A stretch of DNA of 64,000 nucleotides from Dehalococcoidia bacterium. Lineage in GTDB: Bacteria > Chloroflexota > Dehalococcoidia > Lucifugimonadales > CAZENU01. The stretch is taken from the NCBI GenBank assembly GCA_965117035.1, contig OZ220748.1:2351992-2415991 (forward strand), read 5' to 3'. This document shows positions 1-14,069 of the stretch, one piece after another; within the stretch, counting starts at the first letter, position 1, and each line of letters starts with the position of its first letter. A program made the position numbers and the translations under genes. The notes beneath the pieces were generated by a model. That model worked only from the letters and a program-made list of their open reading frames with translations, ran no database searches and was not told the DNA's origin.

Positions 1-56
1 TGCCGGGACGATGTGGGGATGATCTGTGTTTTGGAGGTTGGCGTCCTCGGGAGCCG

Positions 57-302
57 CTAGCCTGTTGCCGCGGCCTCCAGGGCTGCGTCGAGCTTCGCCG
101 GGCTGTAGCCCACGACCTTCTCGTCGCCGATCACGGTCACCGGCGTAGTCCGGTAGCCCATGCCGACGAGGCTCTTCAGCGAGTCGACGCTCTGCGATAT
201 GTTGTGCTCGGTGAAGGGCACGCCCTTTCGTGAAAGATACACTTTCACCATATGGCACGGCCCTCAGCCGTTCGACGTGTATACCAGTATTTCGCTGCTC
301 AC
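57..302 (-). CDS. glutaredoxin/NrdH-like thioredoxin-fold protein, candidate selenoprotein (active site U-G-P-C; in-frame TGA at 266..264)
   Basis: Reading the - strand through the TGA at 266..264 gives VSSEILVYTSNG[TGA]GPCHMVKVYLSRKGVPFTEHNI...TTPVTVIGDEKVVGYSPAKL. This is a glutaredoxin/NrdH layout with the TGA at the first Cys of the CxxC. The GTG start at 302..300 overlaps the upstream stop (GTGA), with GAGGA 9 nt upstream. The ORF track shows only the 64 aa after the TGA. Confidence 0.6.
230..248 (-). promoter_or_regulatory. candidate SECIS-like hairpin downstream of TGA 266..264
   Basis: The mRNA reads GUGAAAG-UGUAU-CUUUCAC: a perfect 7-bp stem and a 5-nt loop with G at loop position 2. 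The loop begins 22 nt after the UGA, inside the spacing range described for bacterial SECIS elements. Confidence 0.4.
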
Positions 303-766
303 TCCGACTCGTCCTCCGGCGTCTTCTTCGACTTCGGCCGCTTCGTCGACGCCTTCCTTCTCTCTCTATTGTACTCCCGTTTGCCGCCGGTGTTGTCGAA
401 CAGCTCCTCGCCGACCTGCACCGCCTCGCCTATCGTCTGCTCGACCGCTCCCTCTTCCTCTTCGTACTTGCGAAGAAACTCTTCGCTCACGAAGAACAGT
501 CATATGCAGAACCCGTCCCTCTGGATGTCCTCGTGATGCCGTTCGCACGGGCATATTTTCTTGCGGTCCTCCACGGGATCGCCGCTGAGAGGCATTCAGG
601 GGCAGTACCGGTACCCGTGGACGCGCTCGTTTTCTCCCAGGCCTTCCTGGACGATTCGGACGACCTCGGCGTCCGGGAAGAACTCGTACGGCCCACGGTC
701 GACGTAGCGCTCCGAGAACGCCTTCGCCCTGTCGAACGCCTCCGACTCGCTCAGCTCTCTCGGCAT
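299..766 (-). CDS. ferredoxin:thioredoxin reductase catalytic-subunit-like Fe-S protein, candidate selenoprotein (in-frame TGA at 598..596 and 502..500)
   Basis: One frame is interrupted only by two TGAs: MPRELSESEAFDRAKAFSERYVDRGPYEFFPDAEVVRIVQEGLGENERVHGYRYCP[TGA]MPLSGDPVEDRKKICPCERHHEDIQRDGFCI[TGA]LFFVSEEFLRKYEEEEG...ESE. The layout CP[U]-X14-CPC-X12-CI[U]-LF parallels the FTR catalytic chain CPC-X16-CPC-X8-CHC-LF. ATG at 766 follows a GAGGAA motif. The ORF track reports only the last 63 aa. Confidence 0.65.
471..496 (-). promoter_or_regulatory. candidate SECIS-like hairpin(s) downstream of TGA 502..500
   Basis: There are two mutually exclusive hairpins: UUCUUCG-UGAG-CGAAGAG (496..479) and CGAAGA-GUU-UCUUCG (485..471). 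The second places a G-first apical loop 20 nt after the UGA. Confidence 0.35.
568..592 (-). promoter_or_regulatory. weak candidate SECIS-like structure downstream of TGA 598..596
   Basis: The lower stem CCUCU (592..588) pairs with GGAGG (572..568, one G.U). The upper stem CGG/CCG carries the loop CGAUC (581..577). It is short and interrupted, so support is low. Confidence 0.2.
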
Positions 767-1126
767 CTATTCCTCTTCACTCTTCCCAGCCGGCGCCGCC
801 GGCCCCATTCGCATCCTCGCGTGCATCTCGCACGGCATCCGGTGGAACGACTTCGCCTGCAGCATCAGCCGCCGCGCCAGCTCCGGCGCGGCCTTCCTCA
901 GATCGTCCATGCCCTTGTCCGGCGCCACCTCGACGCTCAGCAGGCCCGCCGTGCCGCAGTCGCACCGGACCGCGAAGAAGACCTTTTCGAAGCCCGGGTT
1001 CGCCGTCAGGTCCAGCTTGAACCCCGCCAGCGGTCTCAGGCCCGAGTCCTCGGGAAGAGCGTCGGAAATGACCGCGCGGATCTCGCTGACCGAGGGCCGC
1101 CGCCCGACGTCCGCTACGCTATCGAT
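767..1126 (-). CDS. hypothetical Cys-containing protein, open frame without a canonical start codon
   Basis: The coding-looking frame reads ...HIDSVADVGRRPSVSEIRAVISDALPEDSGLRPLAGFKLDLTANPGFEKVFFAVRCDCGTAGLLSVEVAPDKGMDDLRKAAPELARRLMLQAKSFHRMPCEMHARMRMG... It ends at TAG 769..767, directly abutting the ATG at 766. No ATG/GTG/TTG occurs before the internal GTG/ATG near 925-910. A GAGGTG motif lies 4 nt upstream of an in-frame ATC at 1126..1124. The 5' limit is uncertain. Confidence 0.35.
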   Translation of the reverse strand: MDSVADVGRRPSVSEIRAVISDALPEDSGLRPLAGFKLDLTANPGFEKVFFAVRCDCGTAGLLSVEVAPDKGMDDLRKAAPELARRLMLQAKSFHRMPCEMHARMRMGPAAPAGKSEEE

Positions 1127-1151
1127 ATGCCACCTCGCCGTGTCGAGGTCC

Positions 1152-1228
1152 TGGTGGGCGGTAAAGGATTTGAACCTATGACCTCTGCGATGTCAACGCA
1201 GCGCTCTAAACCACTGAGCTAACCGCCC
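1152..1228 (-). tRNA. tRNA-Val (anticodon GAC), CCA encoded
   Basis: Cloverleaf read by hand. Acceptor GGGCGGT/ACCGCCC, D stem GCUC/GAGC, anticodon stem CUGCG/CGCAG with loop UUGACAU, T loop UUCAAAU (one U.U in the T stem), discriminator A plus CCA. Confidence 0.9.
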
Positions 1229-1265
1229 TCCACTCCGCCTCGAGCCGCCGCATCGGCGGATCTGA

Positions 1266-1295
1266 AGTTTAGCAAGGCGACGAAGAGGCGGTCAA
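1266..1295 (-). promoter_or_regulatory. putative sigma70-type promoter upstream of tRNA-Val
   Basis: On the - strand: TTGACC (1295..1290), 18 nt, TAAACT (1271..1266). A CCGCCG-AUG-CGGCGG hairpin lies between it and the tRNA 5' end. Confidence 0.35.
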
Positions 1296-1372
1296 CACGA
1301 CTCAGGTGGGTCGCCGACTCGCTGGGCGCGCGCAACTCGCTCCTCCTGCATGCAGCAGATGATCTGCGTGGT

Positions 1373-2482
1373 TCATGGCAGATTCGCGTCAACCCAGTAT
1401 TCCATGTCGTCAAGGAACGAGGGATCGTACGCTTCGTCGACATGGTTATTGTTCCAGAGGCCGGACAGGCGAACCCGCTCCCGGTCGCTGAATCGGCCAA
1501 GCCATTCTCCGGACGGCCCGTCTATTGCGGGGCGGCCATAGCCACTCAGGATTGCTATAGCATTGCGCTCGATGAATCCGCGGCTGGAGTTGGGGCCGGG
1601 CTCATCGTCCACGCTCATCCACACAAAGGGCATCTGTCCGATATACTCGCTGACCGAGGCTTCGATGTCCGCTTCCGCACTACTGTCGGCAGTTCCGGCA
1701 ACGCCCCACGACTCTGGTAGCAGTACATCCCCCCGGCTGGCCAACGCAACACCTACGAGCAACCGAAAAACCGACCCTCGGTGGTTACCCAGGCCAGACC
1801 GGGACGTGCCGCGATGCTGAGAGAGCCGGCCCCACAGGGTACTTCGAGAGCCATGTCTCAGCGCATGAGCGCCGACGCGAACGACTCTGGGCCCGCCCCC
1901 CGAGCCTGATCTGGACTCACCATTCTCGTAGAAGAAATACACCCCGCGCCGCGGCCAGCTCATGCCGGCGCTGCAGCTTCGCAAGAATCTGGGGCCACCG
2001 ACCCGATCCGCAAGGTGATCGAGAAGCTCATAGAAGCGTACGGTGTCGCCCAACCGATCAGCCGCGCACATCCCAGTCAACCATCTCAATTGCTCCCCGA
2101 TCCTCATACCTTCCATCGGGACGCAGACGGCCAGACCACGACCTCGCAAAGATGGCTCCAAGAACTCTCGGTAGCGTCGACCAGCCAAAATCACTACCGA
2201 ATCGACACCATCCAAATGCGGCCCCAATTGTGCAAGCACTCTGCTGGCCCATTCACATCGGCCCGGCTTTGGAATGGCGTTCAGGGTGAGATCGTAAGGC
2301 GCGACTACTTGATCTGGATGTACAAGGCCGTGTTTGGCAGACAGTACGAACCAAGGCTGCCCGGTGCTATCTGCATAGTTGCGGGCCTTGCGGAACCAGG
2401 AAGACGTGTAAAGGTCTCTGGCAGGTGCTGGAACCGACCGCTTCCGCCCTACGCAAGACAGCAACTGGACTTGACGGAACAC
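1373..2482 (-). CDS. two-domain protein: N-terminal DUF6884-like domain fused to a GIY-YIG-type nuclease domain
   Basis: The N-terminus LLSCVGRKR...PARDLYTSSWF...WFVLSAKHGLVHPDQVVAPYDLTL resembles the DUF6884-type SCSxxK...ILSAKyGL...PYD pattern. The C-terminal half has GVYFFYENGE...RVVRVGAHAL...GNHRGSVFR...IERNAIAIL, which is GIY-YIG-like. GTG start with GGGGAG 5 nt upstream. Domain names are from memory and were not searched. Confidence 0.6.
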   Translation of the reverse strand: MFRQVQLLSCVGRKRSVPAPARDLYTSSWFRKARNYADSTGQPWFVLSAKHGLVHPDQVVAPYDLTLNAIPKPGRCEWASRVLAQLGPHLDGVDSVVILAGRRYREFLEPSLRGRGLAVCVPMEGMRIGEQLRWLTGMCAADRLGDTVRFYELLDHLADRVGGPRFLRSCSAGMSWPRRGVYFFYENGESRSGSGGGPRVVRVGAHALRHGSRSTLWGRLSQHRGTSRSGLGNHRGSVFRLLVGVALASRGDVLLPESWGVAGTADSSAEADIEASVSEYIGQMPFVWMSVDDEPGPNSSRGFIERNAIAILSGYGRPAIDGPSGEWLGRFSDRERVRLSGLWNNNHVDEAYDPSFLDDMEYWVDANLP

Positions 2483-2524
2483 GACCGCTCCCCAACCTGA
2501 AGGACCGAATATCTTCCGGGTGAT

Positions 2525-2561
2525 GCACGGTTGTGCGTATCGAAGACACGCACAACCGTGC
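2525..2561 (-). terminator. perfect 14-bp inverted repeat downstream of rpoC (possible terminator or processing hairpin)
   Basis: GCACGGTTGTGCGT (2525-2538), a 9-nt loop, then ACGCACAACCGTGC (2548-2561). It sits 61 nt after the rpoC stop. No U-tract follows, so it is not a textbook intrinsic terminator. Confidence 0.45.
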
Positions 2562-2621
2562 CGCCAGCCTCCGGGTCTCTGACAGGCACAAGGACCGGTC
2601 CGCGCGCCCCCTCGGACGCGT

Positions 2622-6848
<4,227 letters not shown>

Positions 6849-6924
6849 CTCCTGAGATAGCTGTCAGGCCGTCCATTCCGGGCTTGCCTGTGCGGCGAGG
6901 TCGCGCCCGCCGCGGGGCGCGGAC

Positions 6925-10695
<3,771 letters not shown>

Positions 10696-10897
10696 TCGTT
10701 CCTCACTCCTGAATACTGGTGACTGTTAGAACGCGGAGGAGAGAGCCCGCGGGCGGGGTGAAAAATGGCGCATTTATAGCAGGGTGCAGAAACCGCGGAA
10801 TACGCCGTGGGGAGAGGCTGTGGACATAATCCAACATCGTAAGCCTAGCAAAGCCCAGCGCCGCCGTCAAGGCCATTTCGCCCCAATCTGAACAGTC

Positions 10898-10926
10898 TTG
10901 ACGCTACTTTGGACGAGCCATAGAAT
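10898..10926 (+). promoter_or_regulatory. putative promoter giving a leaderless NUDIX mRNA
   Basis: TTGACG (10898-10903), 17 nt, TAGAAT (10921-10926). The ATG at 10933 lies 6 nt after the -10 hexamer and there is no Shine-Dalgarno sequence. Confidence 0.45.
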
Positions 10927-10932
10927 GGCCCA

Positions 10933-11370
10933 ATGGCAAACAAGGGGCCCCCCGTCGAGCTCGTTTCGGCGGGCGGCGTCGTCGTCAGGAAGGGCCGCGG
11001 AGGCAACGAGGTCGTGCTGTGCGGCCGCACGGACCCGCTCCGGTGGGCGCTGCCGAAAGGCACGCCAGACCCGGGTGAAACCCGAGAGCAGACCGCCCTC
11101 CGAGAGGTGAGGGAGGAGACCGGCCTCGACGTCGAAATCGTCCGGCGCCTCGAAAGCATCCAGTACTGGTTCCTGAGGCCATCGGACGGCGCTCGATGCC
11201 ACAAGACCGTCCACTACTACCTCATGTCACCCACCGGAGGCGACACCTCGCGCCACGACGACGAGTTCGACGTCGTCGAGTGGTTTCCGCTCGCCCAGGC
11301 TGTGGAGACGATGACCTACCCGAACGAGGCCAGAATTGTTGAAAAGAGCGCTGCCGTGGCTGCGCAATAG
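10933..11370 (+). CDS. NUDIX hydrolase
   Basis: NUDIX box: LPKGTPDPGETREQTALREVREETGL. Confidence 0.85.
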   Translation: MANKGPPVELVSAGGVVVRKGRGGNEVVLCGRTDPLRWALPKGTPDPGETREQTALREVREETGLDVEIVRRLESIQYWFLRPSDGARCHKTVHYYLMSPTGGDTSRHDDEFDVVEWFPLAQAVETMTYPNEARIVEKSAAVAAQ

Positions 11371-11971
11371 GCGCGAGCCGGCACTGGCTGCAACGGTCGA
11401 GATCAGGGGACGCAAGGTCGTCATCCGCGAGAAGCGGCTCGACGACGTCGCCGACGACTACGCCTGGCGCACCGACGAAGAGCTCTCAAAACTCGACGCG
11501 ACCCAACCGCTCAGGATGTCGTTCTCCGACTTCGCCAGGTTCTCCCGCGAGGAGATCCTCTTCAGCAGCCCCGCGTCGAAGCGGCTGGCCATCGACACGT
11601 TCGACGGCCTCCACATCGGCAACTGCATGTACTACGACATCGACCTGAGGCGCGGCGAAGCCGAGCTCGGGATCATGATCGGCAACCGCGAATACTGGGA
11701 CATGGGCTACGGGACCGACTCGGTCGACGCGCTGCTCGAGCACATCTTCAACACCACCACCCTCGACAGGATCTACCTCCACACGTTGGAGTGGAACCTC
11801 CGCGCCCAACGCTCCTTCGCCAAGTCGGGCTTCCGCGAGGTCAAGAAGGTCCGGCGTAGCGGGCTCGACTTCCTCCGGATGGACATCCGCCGCGAGGACT
11901 GGGACAGCCGCCACAACGGCGCCGGGCCGGAGCCCGGGCCGGGCGAACCCGGCCCCGCGGGCAGCGAGTAG
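11336..11971 (+). CDS. GNAT family N-acetyltransferase (RimJ/RimL-like)
   Basis: Acetyltransferase core: GIMIGNREYWDMGYGTDSVDALLEHIF...RSFAKSGFRE. TTG start, and the 5' end is uncertain. Confidence 0.75.
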   Translation: MLKRALPWLRNRREPALAATVEIRGRKVVIREKRLDDVADDYAWRTDEELSKLDATQPLRMSFSDFARFSREEILFSSPASKRLAIDTFDGLHIGNCMYYDIDLRRGEAELGIMIGNREYWDMGYGTDSVDALLEHIFNTTTLDRIYLHTLEWNLRAQRSFAKSGFREVKKVRRSGLDFLRMDIRREDWDSRHNGAGPEPGPGEPGPAGSE

Positions 11972-11991
11972 CAGCCAGCGGGAGGGGCCAG

Positions 11992-12339
11992 ATGTACTGC
12001 GGGGGCTGCGGCGCCGAGCGCGAGGACAGGGCGCGGTTCTGCAAGCGCTGCGGCAGAGCCCTGGACGCCCCGCCGGACCCCCGGGTCGACGCCCCGGAAC
12101 CTCCTCAGCGCGTGGACAACTACCTCGTGCCCGCCATTCTCGTGACGGTCTTCTGCTGCCTGCCCTTCGGGATCGTGTCCATCGTCTACGCGGCGCAGGT
12201 CAACGGGAAGCTGGAGGCCGGAGACATCGAGGGCGCCCGGCGGACCTCCGAAAGGGCGAAGATGTGGGCGTGGATTGCGTTCGGGACCGGCCTGGTCGTT
12301 CCCGCGTTCCTGCTGTCGGCGTTCGTCTCCGCGCTGTGA
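11992..12339 (+). CDS. zinc-ribbon + CD225/dispanin family membrane protein
   Basis: N-terminal CGGCG...CKRCG zinc ribbon. The C-terminal part is CD225-like: NYLVPAILVTVFCCLPFGIVSIVYAAQV. Confidence 0.7.
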   Translation: MYCGGCGAEREDRARFCKRCGRALDAPPDPRVDAPEPPQRVDNYLVPAILVTVFCCLPFGIVSIVYAAQVNGKLEAGDIEGARRTSERAKMWAWIAFGTGLVVPAFLLSAFVSAL

Positions 12340-12346
12340 GCCCGCG

Positions 12347-12778
12347 ATGACCGGGGTCCTGACAACGCCGCGCCTGTCGATATCGCCGAGGCTCGCGTAC
12401 GCCGGGCTGGCTCTCGCCGGGGTCGCGGCGCTCGCGATGCTGTACGCCATCGACCCCCGGGACCCCGGCAGCTACCCCGTATGCCCGTTCCTGGGCCTGA
12501 CCGGGTGCTACTGCCCCGGCTGCGGCACGCTGCGCGCCCTGCACCGGCTGATGTTCGGCGACGTGTCGGGCGCGCTCGGGTACAACGCCCTCACCGTGAT
12601 GTCGCTGCCCTTCGTCGCCTACTCCCTCGCGGCGGGAGCCCTGAGAGCGTACGGCCTCCCGTCGCCGCGCCCGGTCTTCCTGCGCTCGCGCTGGATATGG
12701 GCGCTGCTCGCCGGCGTCGTCGCCTTCTGGGCGCTCAGGAACATACCCGTAGGCCCACTCACCACCCTCGCGCCGTAG
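12347..12778 (+). CDS. DUF2752 domain membrane protein
   Basis: CPFLGLTGCYCPGCGTLRAL motif. I chose the ATG at 12347 rather than the longer track ORF. DUF2752 genes often sit next to CD225 genes. Confidence 0.7.
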   Translation: MTGVLTTPRLSISPRLAYAGLALAGVAALAMLYAIDPRDPGSYPVCPFLGLTGCYCPGCGTLRALHRLMFGDVSGALGYNALTVMSLPFVAYSLAAGALRAYGLPSPRPVFLRSRWIWALLAGVVAFWALRNIPVGPLTTLAP

Positions 12779-12789
12779 CGCCGGGGGGC

Positions 12790-12968
12790 AACTGTTCAGA
12801 GTTGAGCGGACACCTAACCCGTTCGCCCCGAGTGCCCCGACGCTTCGTCGGGGTGTATCGAGGGGCCGCCACGAAGAGCGGGCGAGGCTCAGCACCAAAT
12901 CATCCCCATCATCAGAATCCCACGAATCACAGTTCAAACGTTCCGCCTCACCTACTCTGAACAGTTAC
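12790..12968. mobile_element. MITE-like repeat unit (about 179 bp) with terminal inverted repeats
   Basis: AACTGTTCAGAG (12790-12801) and CTCTGAACAGTT (12955-12966) are perfect inverted repeats. The interior is about 90% identical by eye to 17221-17396. More repeat fragments and hairpins continue to about 13190. Confidence 0.6.
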
Positions 12969-13241
12969 GCCGGCGGAGCACCTCGGCGACGACCCTTCGC
13001 GGCACGTCCGCGCCCTGTCGTCCCGAGCGCAGAGAGCGACCTGGGGCGGCCCCCCGATCCGGGCCGCTGCACGACCGCACCACCCCAGGCCCTTCACGCC
13101 GTTCAGGGCGACATTCTCCTGGAACTCGGGCATCCCAAATCTGCGAGCCGTCACCTCGTGGGGGTGGGTTTCCAACCCACCCGGTCCCTGCAATACGGCG
13201 CCCTCACCATAGGGTCGGCAATACGGGCATGCGCCCCCCTT

Positions 13242-13271
13242 TTGACGCCCCGGCGGGGCGCTGAGTATAAT
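13242..13271 (+). promoter_or_regulatory. putative rpmH promoter
   Basis: TTGACG (13242-13247), 18 nt, TATAAT (13266-13271). GAGGT precedes the GTG start at 13291. Confidence 0.55.
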
Positions 13272-13290
13272 CGTACGCGGTGAGGTTGAA

Positions 13291-13428
13291 GTGCCCAAGA
13301 GAACGTACCAGCCCAAGAAGCGCAGGCGGAGCCGTGTCCACGGCTTCCGAGGCCGCATGCGGACACGCGGCGGCCGCGCCGTGATCAAACGCCGCATGTT
13401 CAAGGGACGGAGTCGACTCTCCGTCTAG
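13291..13428 (+). CDS. rpmH: 50S ribosomal protein L34
   Basis: Below the ORF-track size cutoff. GTG start. Translation: [45 protein letters not shown]. Confidence 0.95.
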   Translation: MPKRTYQPKKRRRSRVHGFRGRMRTRGGRAVIKRRMFKGRSRLSV

Positions 13429-13457
13429 CCCACGCGCGACCGAGAGGCCCGCGCCCG

Positions 13458-13805
13458 ATGGCCCATGCCCAGCGCCTCACCAGACAGGCCGACTTCGCCG
13501 CTACGCGCCGCGACGGCCGCCCCTGGTCGGACCGCCTCCTCGTACTCGTAGCCCGGCCCAACGGCCTGTCCGCAAGCCGCGCCGGCTACTCCGTCAGCAA
13601 GCGCGTCGGCAACGCGGTCGTGCGCAACCGTGTCAAGCGCCTGCTGCGCGAGTCCGTGCGCCACATCCCCCTGCGGGAGGGCTGGGACCTCGTCTTCATC
13701 GCCCGCAACGGCGCCTCCGACGCCGACTTCCACGCCGTCGATCGCTCGGTGACACGGTTGGTCCGCCGCGCCGGCATCGCCGCGCGGGCGGGTGACGGGG
13801 AGTAG
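13458..13805 (+). CDS. rnpA: ribonuclease P protein component
   Basis: Position after rpmH. Contains the RNase P protein motif [20 protein letters not shown]. Confidence 0.9.
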   Translation: MAHAQRLTRQADFAATRRDGRPWSDRLLVLVARPNGLSASRAGYSVSKRVGNAVVRNRVKRLLRESVRHIPLREGWDLVFIARNGASDADFHAVDRSVTRLVRRAGIAARAGDGE

Positions 13806-13807
13806 CC

Positions 13808-14017
13808 GTGCGCACCGCCGTCCTGCTCGCCATCAGGCTCTACCAGAGGGCCATCTCGCCCTACATGGCGGGCCTCTGCCGCCACACCCCGACATGCTCG
13901 CGCTACACCTACGAGGCCGTATCGCGCCACGGCGTCCTCAGGGGGACCTGGCTCGGCGTCAAACGCCTCGCACGCTGCCAGCCCTTCGGCACCAGCGGCT
14001 ACGACCCCGTCCCGTAG
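13808..14017 (+). CDS. yidD: membrane protein insertion efficiency factor YidD
   Basis: Motif: [31 protein letters not shown]...RCQPF. Confidence 0.9.
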   Translation: MRTAVLLAIRLYQRAISPYMAGLCRHTPTCSRYTYEAVSRHGVLRGTWLGVKRLARCQPFGTSGYDPVP

Positions 14018-14069
14018 CCGTCGCGACCGGGCCTCGTCGCGCCCCCTTCCCAACCGGGGCAGCCGCATG

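Noticed and set aside
57-766. A global reassignment of TGA (alternative genetic code), or simple pseudogenisation, as an explanation for the three in-frame TGAs.
   Set aside because: TGA terminates many well-defined genes in this window (ftsY, thiL, mug, the FTR-like gene itself), so it is not a general sense codon. All three internal TGAs coincide with redox-active Cys positions while the Fe-S ligand cysteines are untouched, which random nonsense mutations would not do. Pseudogenisation cannot be fully excluded without the rest of the genome.
230-1222. A 330-aa + strand ORF spanning the left-end locus and the tRNA.
   Set aside because: It runs antisense to the FTR-like and Grx-like genes and across tRNA-Val, with RL-rich off-frame composition. 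The - strand reading gives recognisable protein families.
12779-13290. A possible replication origin in the long intergenic region upstream of rpmH.
   Set aside because: I found no DnaA-box-like TTATCCACA motifs and no AT-rich unwinding element. The region is filled by the repeat family, and dnaA is not adjacent.
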